The translations under genes were made by a program, and so were the position numbers. Below the pieces are notes generated by a model. It had not been told where the DNA came from and did not search any database. It worked only from the letters and a program-made list of their open reading frames with translations. Positions 46,201-58,022 of a stretch of 64,000 nucleotides of DNA are shown piece by piece. Source of the DNA: Klebsormidium nitens (taxonomy: Eukaryota; Plantae; Klebsormidiophyceae); assembly GCA_000708835.1 (NCBI GenBank), contig DF237113.1:1-64000 (forward strand), in the 5' to 3' direction. The stretch's first letter is position 1, and each line of letters opens with the position of its first letter.

Positions 46201-48665
46201 CGAAACCGCTTCTGAAGCTGAACCGGATTGCCCCGTTTTGCCATCGAAGTGCACAAGCTGCCCGGCAACTGTCTTGACTAAAGTGACGTCACGCCCATAC
46301 ACGAGCGGGCCCCCGAGCTCCTCCGAGGCCTCCCGCAACGCCGTGATGACGTCACACTCCTCGGCGGCTGGGGAGGGGCATCCGACTGCCCCTTCCAGGA
46401 ACTCAAAGAACTCTTCTGAATCTTCCGAACCCTTTACCCCACTCAGGGGCCACGGAAAGCCCCTTCCGTCAGCCTCAGGCTCCTTACTCGTATCAGCTGG
46501 AAAGAACGCCGGCCGCTGTTCCCACACCGTTTGCAGAAAACCCCCCAACCCCGCCGCCCCAAAACCGACCAGAGTCCCAAAGCCCGAGCGTGCTTCTTCG
46601 ATAGCAGTGCCGTGGGCCTCCGCACTGGCAGTGACGTCATTCTCGAAGCTGAAGTCAGCAGCACCCCCCTCGAGGGAGAACCTTGCGGCCAGCGCGCAGA
46701 CTTTAGCCGTCTGTTTCGGGGACAGTTCACCTCTGATTTCAGCATCGCTAGTTGCTGACGAGAGTGCCTCAAGGGCCAGGGAGGACCTGCCACGTGGCAG
46801 CTCGCCAATGGCTGGAGCGGCTTGACAAAAGAGCAGCGCGAAGATGGCGTCGAGCAGGGGGAATAAGGCGGTAGGGGTGTTGGATGCTCTTCGTTTGCGT
46901 TTCCTGGGGGTGGTGGGGCAGGTGGGAGCAAGGTCGATGAGGCGGTCCCTAGAAGAGCAAGGGTTGGATTAGCGCAGAATGCTCATTGAAGAGGGGTGAT
47001 ATTGTCAACAGCAGGCTTAAGTGACTGCCATTGACTGCAATACTTCATTTTGACAATGAGCGAAGCTGGGCTCACCAACACTATCCAAAAGTGGCTGATT
47101 CAATGGGATTCATGCGGCGTTGCATTAGGGGGAGAGGGAAAGCGATGACATGATGTGCGCGAAGACTAATCAGCATAGTTCAGGTGCTAGGTATACATGA
47201 GCAGAGGCAGCAAAGGCACCTGCATCTTAAGGCTAAGACGTGAAAAGCGGCACTGAAAATTTGACCAAGTCAAACGCTCCTGATTTGCCTTCTGCATTTC
47301 GCACTGCTGTGACGGACATACAGTCAGTAATCAAGAAAGAGGAGACAGGGAGAACAACAAGAAGGAAAAGGAAACATGAAAAACCTTGCAGTGTTGCAAC
47401 CAGACCATATCTTGCCAGCTGGATTGTCTCCCAATCATCCCTCTGTTTCCCACTCTGCTTACTCACATGAGCACTGGGAGCGCCCCTTGTGCAACCAGCG
47501 CTGCGCTCCCCTCGTCTGAGGTCGCCAGATCTGAGAGTGCATTCACACAGGCCTCGAGAACCTTGCCTGAGCCAGCGTCTGCCAGGCATGCCACGAGGGT
47601 GTGAATGAGCCCCTCCTGCTGCGCTAGCGCCCTGTTGCTAGCCAGGGAATGGAGGGCAAGGGCGCCAATGAGTCTGAGTGCAGAGACAGACCTGCAGAAG
47701 GAGGAAATCTTCGGAGACCAGTCAGCGATGAGAGTTTGTCTGGCAGCTTGTTCGCAGTCAGCTTACGAAAGACACCGGACGGACATAAGCCGGGAGAGAG
47801 AAGACGAGAGTTAAAAGATAGACGTGACCAATTCACCCCATATGCGGTCCTTAGAGTTCTTATCTTCAAGGGGCCAGTCCAGCCAACGCTTTCGAAGGCG
47901 ACAGAGGGCCAAAGAAGACAGCTTGAGTGCCTATGACTTCATACCAGACCTTTGGATCCAGGCAGACTAAGTTGAAGACATATTACATAGACCCATGCCT
48001 TCAAATTGAGCTACTGCCATCCTCCAACTACACTGAACAACGCTGCTTAGTGCCGGCCAACTGGGGGCACATGATTGCTGCCCAGCTTTGAGAGACTCTT
48101 AATATTCACTCATCCATCATCTTTGCAACACGAAGTAGCCCCACTCCGCTTCAATCTACCTCCCAAAGTCTCACAAACGACAAAGTATCAGCAAGTACAT
48201 TCTGGAAAAACGGGTCACCCGGCTTATCCTGCGATGAGGGGTGGTGCAACAGAATGTAATCACCGCAAGCCATTTCAAGGAAGCAGATTAGCAATGCTGA
48301 CCCGCCCCAGCCCAAGTTTTTCTTATTGTTCAACTTCTAAGCAACTCAACATTGAGCTCTCTTGCGCAGTAAGTCTCAGCATTGAGTTTGATTGACATGG
48401 TGTTTTGAAAACGAGAAACAACACAACTTTGTTTCAACAAAGGAATGTATCCAACCTCAAATACGTACTTGTTCTTCACTAGAGTTACAAGAACTGAAGG
48501 CATAGGGCGCAGGCAATCAGGGACGCTGGGACCATCTTCTTCCTTCGCAATGGCTCTGCGCAGATGCTTGCAGGCAAGGTCTGCAGCGGCCAGCTTATCT
48601 CCAGTCAGCTGGCCATCCTCCTCACACTGCGAAAGACATCGCCATGCGGCTTCTGCAGCAGCCAT
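43203..48665 (-). CDS. JmjC/cupin_4 (NO66/MINA53-RIOX-type) 2OG-Fe(II) oxygenase with an N-terminal ARM-like helical region, 5 exons, ~884 aa
   Basis: Exons: 48469-48665, 47467-47691, 45665-46948, 44750-44973, 43203-43927, phase-consistent. JmjC core: [32 protein letters not shown]...GDVLYIPRGWTHVA...SLHVTFG, then WEGFL and ELRKACL. Basic NLS-like RKRKRR. Confidence 0.88.
45113..45372. repeat. Imperfect intronic tandem repeat (2-3 partial units)
   Basis: ttttaagctgtt.tcatactc...gctctttgcacgg occurs at ~45114 and ~45310. ccgtacgtagaca or ccggacgtagaca occurs three times. Confidence 0.8.
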
Positions 48666-49200
48666 GATTGCTCTGGATACCACATTCGATCACCTGCTTG
48701 CAGAATCTCATGAGCAATCCGAACAGGGGGAAGATGTTTGTTTTGTTAATTCAGGACTCGTCTTCGTATATTATCCAGAAAACTGACCTCTTATGTTTGT
48801 CGCATGGCCTAGCTGAAGCCAACCGGCTCTACCGGTACTTGTATTAAGCCCGGTGAGCTTGGAGGCCATGAGCCCTCACTCTGAACTGCGGCCGGGCGAA
48901 GGAATACTTATACCCGGTTGTTCCTCAATTAAACCCGCTGGATGTACGTGGATCTATGGATCTTAGGTTCGCGTGAATTTATGAGGCTTGCTTGGGCTTG
49001 CTGGGAAATCGGCAGCTTGCCAGTGCTGACCAGCTTCCAACTTCTAAGTTCTAGCAGAAAGGGCGTCATTGTACAATTTTAAAGACAAAGGCGTCATCCA
49101 AAAGACCTTTCGATCAAAACCAAAAGACACCCACCTGCTTAGGAAATCATCAAGACTATTACTTGAGTCTTTAGCGACCGCTCTTGCTATGATCGCAGTG

Positions 49201-50456
49201 ATGAGCTCCACACCAACGCCCATATGGCGGCGACCAGTAGACCTCTTCTTTGTTCTCTTCTTTGTTGTTCACATTCCCACCGCTGCACTTCTTGACGCTC
49301 AATCGATCCTGCCTAGAGATTGGTTCCATGAAGAGCTTCAAAATCTTATGAAGTCTCATATTGACTCGACTGGAGACCCCCTGGTGTCAGCGAATCCGCC
49401 TTGGTTCAAAGCACTGGTCTGGTGTGAGCTGATTCTCCAAGTGCCCTACTTTGTGGTCGCAACTTATGCATTCATCAGAGGTGAGGAAATTGCGGAGCAC
49501 CCAGATTCTACCGCACATTTGTGTCCGACATTGGCAGCCCCCGCTCATTTCTTCACCCTGGCCGATGCTTCATAACACACTGCAGGAGCCGCTGTCAAAT
49601 CAGCCTTCACAGCCTCTTTGTCTTGAAGCCTTATGAAATGTTCTCATCCGCAAGAGCATATTCATCAGTGCTTGGAAGTCTGCCACCACCACAGTGAGAG
49701 AATCACTAGGTTGCAGCGCCTCTGCGCTCTGCACCCATCAGTGCCACCGCTTGTGTGAGGCACCCGCAAAGCGAAAGTGAGTAAGCTTGTTGACACTCGA
49801 AATCTATCTGCAGAAGTATAAATTGCTGAAATGGTAGCCTTTCCCGGTCCATTGTAGGAAAGAGGTGGATCAGGACGCCAACAATCATGTACTGTGCTCA
49901 CGTAGCTACCACCATGGTGAGTATGCGCATCTTGTTAGAACTTCAATGCAGGGGGTTTCAAGGCTTGGGCTTTCGTTCTTTCAAAGTATTTCTCATGAGC
50001 CCAGACATTTCGATTGGTGTGAGTAAGGCAACTTTTCTTCTGGGCCCTCATCTTATCATCTTATGTGTTGGGGGGCCGGTCTACTGTGTTGCACTGGCAG
50101 CCAGCGCAAGACTAGTCATCGATGATTGTTACATTCCCTATGCGGCTGGATTGACATTTTGGCCTGCTCCATGGGACACTTTTTCAACCAGAAGGAGGTT
50201 TACAAGCTTCTGCTTACTATATCAAGACATCTTGCCTGTGTACTGGGTTGCCAACGTTTGACACTGCTTTGAGGTATTGCAGGTGCCTATCTTCTTTGAG
50301 ATCATGAGTGCCGCTTTGTCGTCAGAAAAACGATCAACTCTTGTTGCTATCTATTTGCCATTTTTGGTCGTCCCGCTCTTATTGTTGGCTCGCGTACTGT
50401 CTAGTAGTCCGGACAAGCTTTTTTGCGCAAAAGAGAAGAATACAAAGAAGGAGTAA
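49201..50456 (+). CDS. TMEM97: TMEM97/sigma-2 receptor-like EXPERA-domain ER membrane protein, 3 exons, ~170 aa
   Basis: Exons: 49201-49480, 49858-49916, 50283-50456. Motifs: FFVVHIPTAALLDAQ, GDPLVSANPPWFKALVWCELILQVPYF, WIRTPTIMY..HVATTMVPI, IYLPFLVVP, Lys-rich C-terminus. Confidence 0.88.
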
Positions 50457-51258
50457 GTACTACAGAAGACTGGTCGTGTTGAGGACATATATCATTGATA
50501 TTGCCACATGGTACCGTCAGATTCGTCAGGAACATTGCTTAGAGTCATTCGCAAAGGTGCGTGGATGCCCGCTGCTCTCGGGTGGTGGCAAACGCAACCG
50601 TCAGCCCTCAGTGTGCGTTGGTGCCGGCTGATTTGTTTAACAGAAATGTAAAACAAATGCATGACGGTCATAGCTCGCATGCTTTCTAATACTCTGTGTC
50701 AATCGACGGTGATGCACGCGCAGCAAGCTGGCTCATTTCAGCATATAGTTTCTCTAGGAACTCCTTCGCAGCATATACATACGTGCTGCATGGTATGCCA
50801 GCGGCTGCAGCATGATTATGCATATATAGCTAGGCGGCACATGGGTCATGTGCGCGTCGAATGTGTCACATGCCATGGCGACTCGACATGCAGGCTACTT
50901 CGATCGAATCCAATGTTTCAACATCGAATCACTTAAAGCTAGTCGGACGGTGTAACCAAGCTCACAAAGACTGGCGGCACGATTGGAACATAGCTAGGCG
51001 GCATACTACATGCTGCGCAGTACCGCCGCATCATTCCAATCCACGCTAGATCCTCATCAGATTTGTAGGCTGGCATGACGGTGCAGGAACCGTCATTGGA
51101 TATTTTGCAGGTCTCTCAAACATAAATCTAAAAGTATCGAGTGGCATGACCTCCTTATGATTGGTGCGTGAGTTTGCTATACAAATTCCCACGAGTTCAT
51201 CTTTGGTCAGTCGAAAAACATCGAAATCTCTTCAGACTACTTAGGCTGTCTTCGAATG

Positions 51259-54200
51259 TCATTTTACCTTCTTAAGTTCTCTATGTTCGTTTGACTCTGT
51301 CTCCCCCTCTGCTTTGATAGCGTCTACCTTCTCCGTCACAGCTGATTCGTCAAACGCTAACAAATGCTTGAACTCCCCGTTCCAAGCGCAGTGCGTTCCT
51401 AGGAAACTGATCACAGCTGGTACGATGTAGAGCAAAGCTGGCTGAGCAGCTTGGAAAACGTTCATGACCACAATCGTCAGCCCTAAACCAAACGTGTATC
51501 CCGCAAAAGATGACCAGAAGTATCGAGGGCCGGTTTTCCGCGACACATCGAACCGGAGAGCCAAGGCGACAAAGATGCCTGCATGACAAGGGGGATGAAG
51601 GCTCAGTGCGTGAAGTATCAGCCTTCCAATTCTTATACCCCAGTTTCACTGGGATCCGTTGGCCACTCAGGTTGGACAGCCACCATCGTCACGAAACAGT
51701 ACACCTTTGTCTGGCACCGAGCTTGTCCGCGCCCAAATGTTAACTAAGTTCTATGTCCTCCACTCGAACAAAGTCAGAGACTTCCTTTCAAACGTGCGAC
51801 ACTCACAATCAGTACGATTCGAACAAGCAACTTGCATGGTCGGACCGAGAAGCAGTTTATGCACGCCTGACGCAATCTTGTAGCCGAACCAGGTCGAAAG
51901 GTAGCCCACGGCTCTGACCTGGAATCACGATATCCCCCAGTCCCAGCATGGAGAAGGGGCGCCCCTCGATGCCCGTTGGGAACAGCAACTGTGGGTGCAA
52001 GAACATTCAGAGCGACTGTTAGTACCGCCCTCGTATCGGTCTCCAAAGAAAAAGCAGTCATGTAGAAGCTGTCTCTGTAGCGACTGTCTCTCCAGCCCCA
52101 GAGCGTTTTGAGCGACGCTGCAACTGGCATGTAACCAACGCCAGCTCGCTTCAAGACTGATCAGAGACTTCTGAGCAGCGACCTAGGACGCTGACGCTTC
52201 AGGCGCAAGAAACAAAATGGGCGTGTGCCGAGCATAAGCGGAAAATGTATGTCGAGCAGATTGGGAACTACCAACCACTCGTAAACTCCCGGTTAATCGT
52301 TCACACCGACATAGTATTAAATTGGAGTTGCCTCAGAATCTTGAGCATGAAGAACCCTCGCAGAAGTTCAAGTGCTCTTCCTGGCCGGCAAATAGCGGGA
52401 ACAGATTTAGGGAGGGGGAAGAGCGGCGGCAATAAGGAAATATGCAACGGGGGCCAGGTCAAGGGGGCCCCCGAGACCGCTTACCTTGATTGGGGCGTCA
52501 AACGACTTGGCCACGCTGACCATGACGGGGGTGCAGAAGACCCAAAAGATGTCGTACACGAAAAGGCCACACTGCAAAAAAAATCAACAAATCGCCGTCA
52601 CATTTCCTTCTTCGAGGCAGGGTCTGCATCAGGCCGCTTCAAGCAGATGGGTACGGGAAAAACTACCCTCACCGTTATGCTGTCACTAGGAGCTGACCGG
52701 ATGCTTAAGGGAAACCCAGAAGCGAGTTGGATACGCTCGAAGCCGCCGCATCTAGAAGATGATCTACAGTATTGACGACTCGTTCCAATTGGACGGATTT
52801 CAATCAGCTGCAAATGGGTCAGAGCCAACTATAACGTCCATGGTACGGCTGCAGTTGCCCTCTCGACCGATTTGAGAAGAACCAGACGGCTCAGATCATC
52901 CCAAGTGCAATACTCCCATCGGCGCTGTCCGCAACGACTCAAGGGTACTACTTACGAGTAGGATGGCGCCGATCTTGAACGACCCTAGAGAAAGCATCTC
53001 AATTCCCTGCAAACACAAGCAGAGAGGTGGATTGGAACAGAGAAGCCTGATGGGGGCGCAGTGCAATTACTGCAGTAATCTCGCGTTACGATCATTGCAT
53101 GCAGCTGTGACCACGCCCAAGGCATGCCGCTAGCCAGCCGGAAATTTGACTAAACTGTAGATTAAAATTCGAGGATGACGTTACACCCATGGAAAGTTTG
53201 TTAAACAATGTGACATGTCAATCGAAGATTTGACCGATGTGACGCGCTGCTATACTTTTCGTACACGATGCCAGAGCAGGGGCCAGAATGTAACCAAGAA
53301 GCAAGTCGTCCAAAGCAACCAGACTTTCGACAAGCGAGCACCAGTCTCGTCGATTGGATGACTGGTAGAAATACTTGCTTGTAATTGCCATCTTCACTTC
53401 CAAAAGCTCGTCAACCGAAGCGAACGAGGTCTTTTAGGAGATAAGTTGAAGAAAATGAATGCAAAGAGCAGGAGCAAATGCTCGAAACAAGACTCAAACC
53501 TGGTCCAAGGTGATGAAAAACGAACAATTGTCCGCTTTCGGAGAGTCAAAATTAGCCTCAAAAGCTGCTTCGTGTGAGAGCGTAAGGTATTCGCATCTTG
53601 CTCGAAAACACCAATAAAACGCACCTTCGAATGTCGGAATTTCAAACACAATCCCCAAAGAAAACCGTTCGGAAGCATCACTCTGGATTACGACCGTCGC
53701 ACCTGTATAGAGAACGCCAGCCCGAGCGCGTTGTTCGCCAGCCAGTGCTTCTCCATGAAGTACCATGCACAGAAGGCGGTGCTCGGGATGGCCGCAAAGA
53801 CCTGGGCGTAGTCGAGCTCGAGATCGACGGCTGCAAACAACGCGACAAAAGTATTCTCTCTGAGATCCAAGGCTGCAGAAAACCGTAGGGAAACGCAGTC
53901 GAGTTCGAAATCGACGGCTGCAAGTATAGCGAAGGAGCTACTCCAATCAAGGCAAGAAACTCGCGGAGTTGTCTCAAAGCACACCATCCGTGTGGTCTGA
54001 TTTCGGTATCTACTCGCAGCAGAGAGAGGGCTGAGGTAACTTTCATCAGATGGCGGTGGGATCAAAGTGTGTACGTAAGATGCTCAAGCTTTGATTGACT
54101 GATTGACAGGAGCAGAAGGTGCCACATGAGACCAGGAAGTGAGGGAGAGGACACAACCTCAACCCAAAGTGACGAGTCAAAGTCAGATTAGGGCTTGGAT

Positions 54201-56055
54201 ATCACTTTCGGGTATTATGACTGTCGACGACTTGAATAGTGGCACTTTACAGGGAATGCCAAGCACTTGCGCTGCCTCCTCCTGCGCGGCAAACTGCCTC
54301 TCACCTCCGATGAACGGGAGCGTCAGAGCCGGGACTCGCTTCTCATGCCACGACTTCGGAAGGAAGAAAAGGAATGAGACGATGGTGGCACTGCAAAGAT
54401 CATAGAAGGCGGCTTTGGCATGGGCGTTGGAGTGGTTTCACAAGCACGAGGGGATTACGAATGATTTGACGGAAATATGCAGCATTTCTTCCGTCGGGTG
54501 CTCGCTTAAATTGTCCAACATCTTCTCTCTAATTTATCAACGATTCTGAAGGACAAGGCACATGTGCAGAATCTAGGAATTGGCTTGGCAACATGCTCTG
54601 CAAAGGACAAGCTCCGCGGCCTTTCTGCAATTATCGAAAGCAAGATCTGCCTCGATTTGCTGTTGTCAGGTCAATCGCTCTTGCTGCTGGCTTCCTATGC
54701 GAGGCTCCATCTTTTTTGAATATTGAAGCGATTGTTTGTTTCAAGGCACCGTAGAGCCAGCACAAAGGAATTGATACTGAGTCCTCACCTAAGGGCCAAA
54801 ACGCCCAGGCAGACAAAATACAGTGTCAAGACGGTGTTGACCAGATCCTTTGGTAGGAACTTGAAGAGCAGGAAGAGGGAAAAGAGGACTGCGCTGCCGA
54901 TCAGGGGGAATCGAAGCGCGGCATCCCTCGACATGGTTTCCTGAGCACAAGAAGCAAAAGTCAGCCTCAATCTAACGAAGCTGGGCATTTTGACTTTCTT
55001 TGCACCGGTCGCGGAGGAAGACTTAAGTCACGAAAACGGCAAAAGCTTCGCATCTTAATGATTCTTCAGGCAAAGGTACCCAAAGAGAACCGGAGGAAGA
55101 GCCGGACCGTAGACTACTTGTCGCAGCTGGTTAATCACAACATGAGAATGAAGAAGGTCCTAGGGGATGGCTTTATTAACACCACCGCTTCGCAACATCG
55201 TGCTCTGACCTCAGATGTAAAGAACAAACCTGATCTAAGAGCCACAAGTCCGACGTGTGTATCTCTATGATGGATTTTGTCAAGCGCGAGCCAGCGAACT
55301 CCAACGTCGCAGCCCCGTTCAGGAATCGAGTGTCATGAAGAGATAGTTGTGTCCCAGCAGGTAGTTGCTCAAAGAAAATTTCACCACCATCTTTTTTCTC
55401 CACTCTAAATACTTTTGTTCACCACAGAAAGAGCTGGGGTGCGTGAGCGCCCCTGAAGACTCACCGTGGGAGGCATGGGCTTGACCGAGCGTAGGCACCC
55501 GATGAGGACCGTCAGGCATGCGGTGATGACAACATTGTAATTTGAGTTGACTGTCATCACAAGCGGTAGCAGTGACACACCTGGAGGGTCGAGGACAGTA
55601 GAAGTTACACCAAGGGCATAACGAGTAGCTGAATTTTGAAAGAGGTCAGTTCACAGGTAATCTAAAAAAGGTGGACATCATTGCACTTTGCGTGCAAAGC
55701 TTTCCACAAACTCGGAGTAGGGTTCACCATGACGTGCCTCTCTTTGATGTGCCTAGCGGCCAGCCAGCCACATGCTTCAGCTGCTAGGGGCAAAGTGCAA
55801 ACAGCAGTAGATCCTTCCAACATGTATGTTCGGGACCGCCACTGGTTATCAAGTCCAACTGGTGCGGGAAATTGGATCAATAATCATGTGACAGCAAGAT
55901 AAATGAGAGCACGCAAAGCTGTCTGATGATGCAGTTGAAGTGTGCCACCGGTGACATGACTCGCACGCTTCTTTCCTTGCCGCTTCAGACCTCTCACCTG
56001 TCAGAGCTGCAAATGCAACATTCTCCAGCCGAGCGATCCAATCGAGGGGCGCCAT
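51259..56055 (-). CDS. SPP: Signal peptide peptidase (GxGD intramembrane aspartyl protease), 9 exons, ~355 aa
   Basis: Exons: 55998-56055, 55465-55580, 54789-54940, 54305-54390, 53703-53830, 52956-53006, 52485-52571, 51919-51988, 51259-51578. Catalytic motifs LFVYDIFWV, LGLGDIVIPG and QPALLY; also KHWLANN and VAKSFDAPIKLLFP. Confidence 0.96.
53858..53930 (-). repeat. Two decayed copies of the SPP exon-5 acceptor and exon start
   Basis: Real cag|ccgtcgatctcgagctcgac (AG 53831-33). Copies: cag|ccttggatctca (53873-75) and cag|ccgtcgatttcgaactcgac (53918-20). Confidence 0.88.
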
Positions 56056-58022
56056 GATTTCAGTCACCAGATGTAGGTTGCTCCCTTCCAAAAAGCTTCT
56101 CAGAGCTGCCGAGTCCCCTTTGAACCACTCCTAATGCTCTGAACAAGGCAAATGCCTACTCAATTGGCTCTGCCTTTTAGGTAACTCCCTTTATTGCAAG
56201 CTCTTAACCCGCCATGGAAAGACGAGTAGCACATGTGATCTCCCAGAAGAGCTACAATGATCAGTGCATACAACGCCACTGCTTCCTGTAGAGCTAAACC
56301 CTTGCCCACGCTCCAGAACGAATGCTGATCAATGCTTCCTGCACTGGGTGCAGCAATTGCCACATGGACTTTCACGACAGTGGACATGCATCATAGGTAA
56401 TCATGTGCCAGCTGAACGAAATTTCAATGAATTCTTGCACTGTTGCAGCTAGATCCATTAATTCATACCTAGTCGAGCGTCAACTCGTAAGTTGTAACCC
56501 AGATCTCGTAACAGGACCCCAAAACTTAAAGGTTACGCCGTACACATATCAGTTCACCAGGTACCGTTGTACCGTCATTTGCCAATACTGGTCCAGCAAT
56601 CCCCTTAAAGATATTTCATCCCAACACATCCACATAATACATAGCTTGCCTTCAAAATGCCCGGTCACCATAACCCGAAATGGTAACCCAAGGGACTTAC
56701 GAGCCCCGGATCCCTACCCACCCTACCTACCATACCAACCAAAACCATTCCCCGGCCTTCGGACCTAACAGGAGACAAGCAACAAAGCGAGACAAGGGAT
56801 CGAGTTGCCACAATATCGTATGACTTTAGACCAACATGGGTAATACATTATGTATTTTATAGGACGGGTTTTAATGTGTTACAAATTAGAGAGAAGTTGG
56901 TTACGTCGAAACCGGTATCGACATTGGAATGATGTTGACCACGTTGAAATTGCAAAAAGTTTGGGAGGCATGCAGAGAGGCGCGGTGTACTTCCCCACCT
57001 GGGCCCAACCTGGGGCCAGATGCCAATGCCAATGGTGAAGGGCCACGGACCACGGTTCCACCCTTCAGGCATTCCTCGAAGCAGCAGGAAGGCCCGAGTA
57101 CCCCGCGCTAGAGGCAATGCCCAGTTTATGCTGAGTTTGCTAGGTTGTTGATGTCAGAGATCTGCAAAGGATTCAATCCAGAGAATTTTCACGGATAAGA
57201 CTTGATCCTGGGTGCATTCTGCAATGGGTACAGGCGTGGGCACTGTTCACAATTGCATTTTGATGAGCGTTAAGGGGAAAATAGGGACTTTGTCAGGAAG
57301 ACTTGATTTCCTGACTGTCTGCGTGTAGGAGGGTTCTGACGGCGGGAATTGCCGGTCTTCCAGACTCGAAGAGACGCAGTCCTTGCTGCCGAGGAACGGA
57401 TTGAATTGGTTGGACTTGAGCAGTCAAATGGGATTGGCTGCAACTAGAACTTGAAGGATCGAGGACTTAAGACCCATTAGAAAGCTATTTGACACTTGCG
57501 CACAATTTACGCAGCCGCCGTTGGAAAGAGATTGGGAGTACTTGAGAAGACCCTGTGATATGCAGATGCAATAGCCTAAGGTCAGGGATTGATGGTGAGT
57601 CACTGCCTTTCTTTGATGCAATTAGGAAACTGCTTGTCAAGTTGTTAGGATTGATCTGACATGGTCCAATGTAACTTGATCACTCTCTGATTGTCCCATC
57701 ATTGGTAGCTTAGCATAGGAGTACAACCCAATCCTTTCCTATCAGATGTTTTACCTTCAGCTGTCCATCGAAGATCAGAGTGCGCTGCAAAGCCATCTGT
57801 GGAACTTGTTTTCATTTGCGGATCTTACTAAGTAAGAACAGCGATTTCAAAGATGTGGAGCACTTCACTTCAAGGGGCTCTAGGGTTCTGCCATTGCCCA
57901 TGTGCACATTTATGTCAGACTAGCAACTACTTCTTGGTTGGCTCTCCACAGAGCAGTCATTAACTGCATTGAGAACTATTCTCAAAAACGGCGACCAGCA
58001 GACCTGCTGAGAATCTGCAGGC

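Noticed and set aside
46004-46825. 273-aa plus-strand ORF, and similar long GC-rich ORFs at 14069, 14275, 41207, 60048 and 60198
   Set aside because: These are antisense or alternate-frame shadows of GC-rich coding exons.
52700-52750. Weak echo of SPP exon 7
   Set aside because: Similarity is too low to support.
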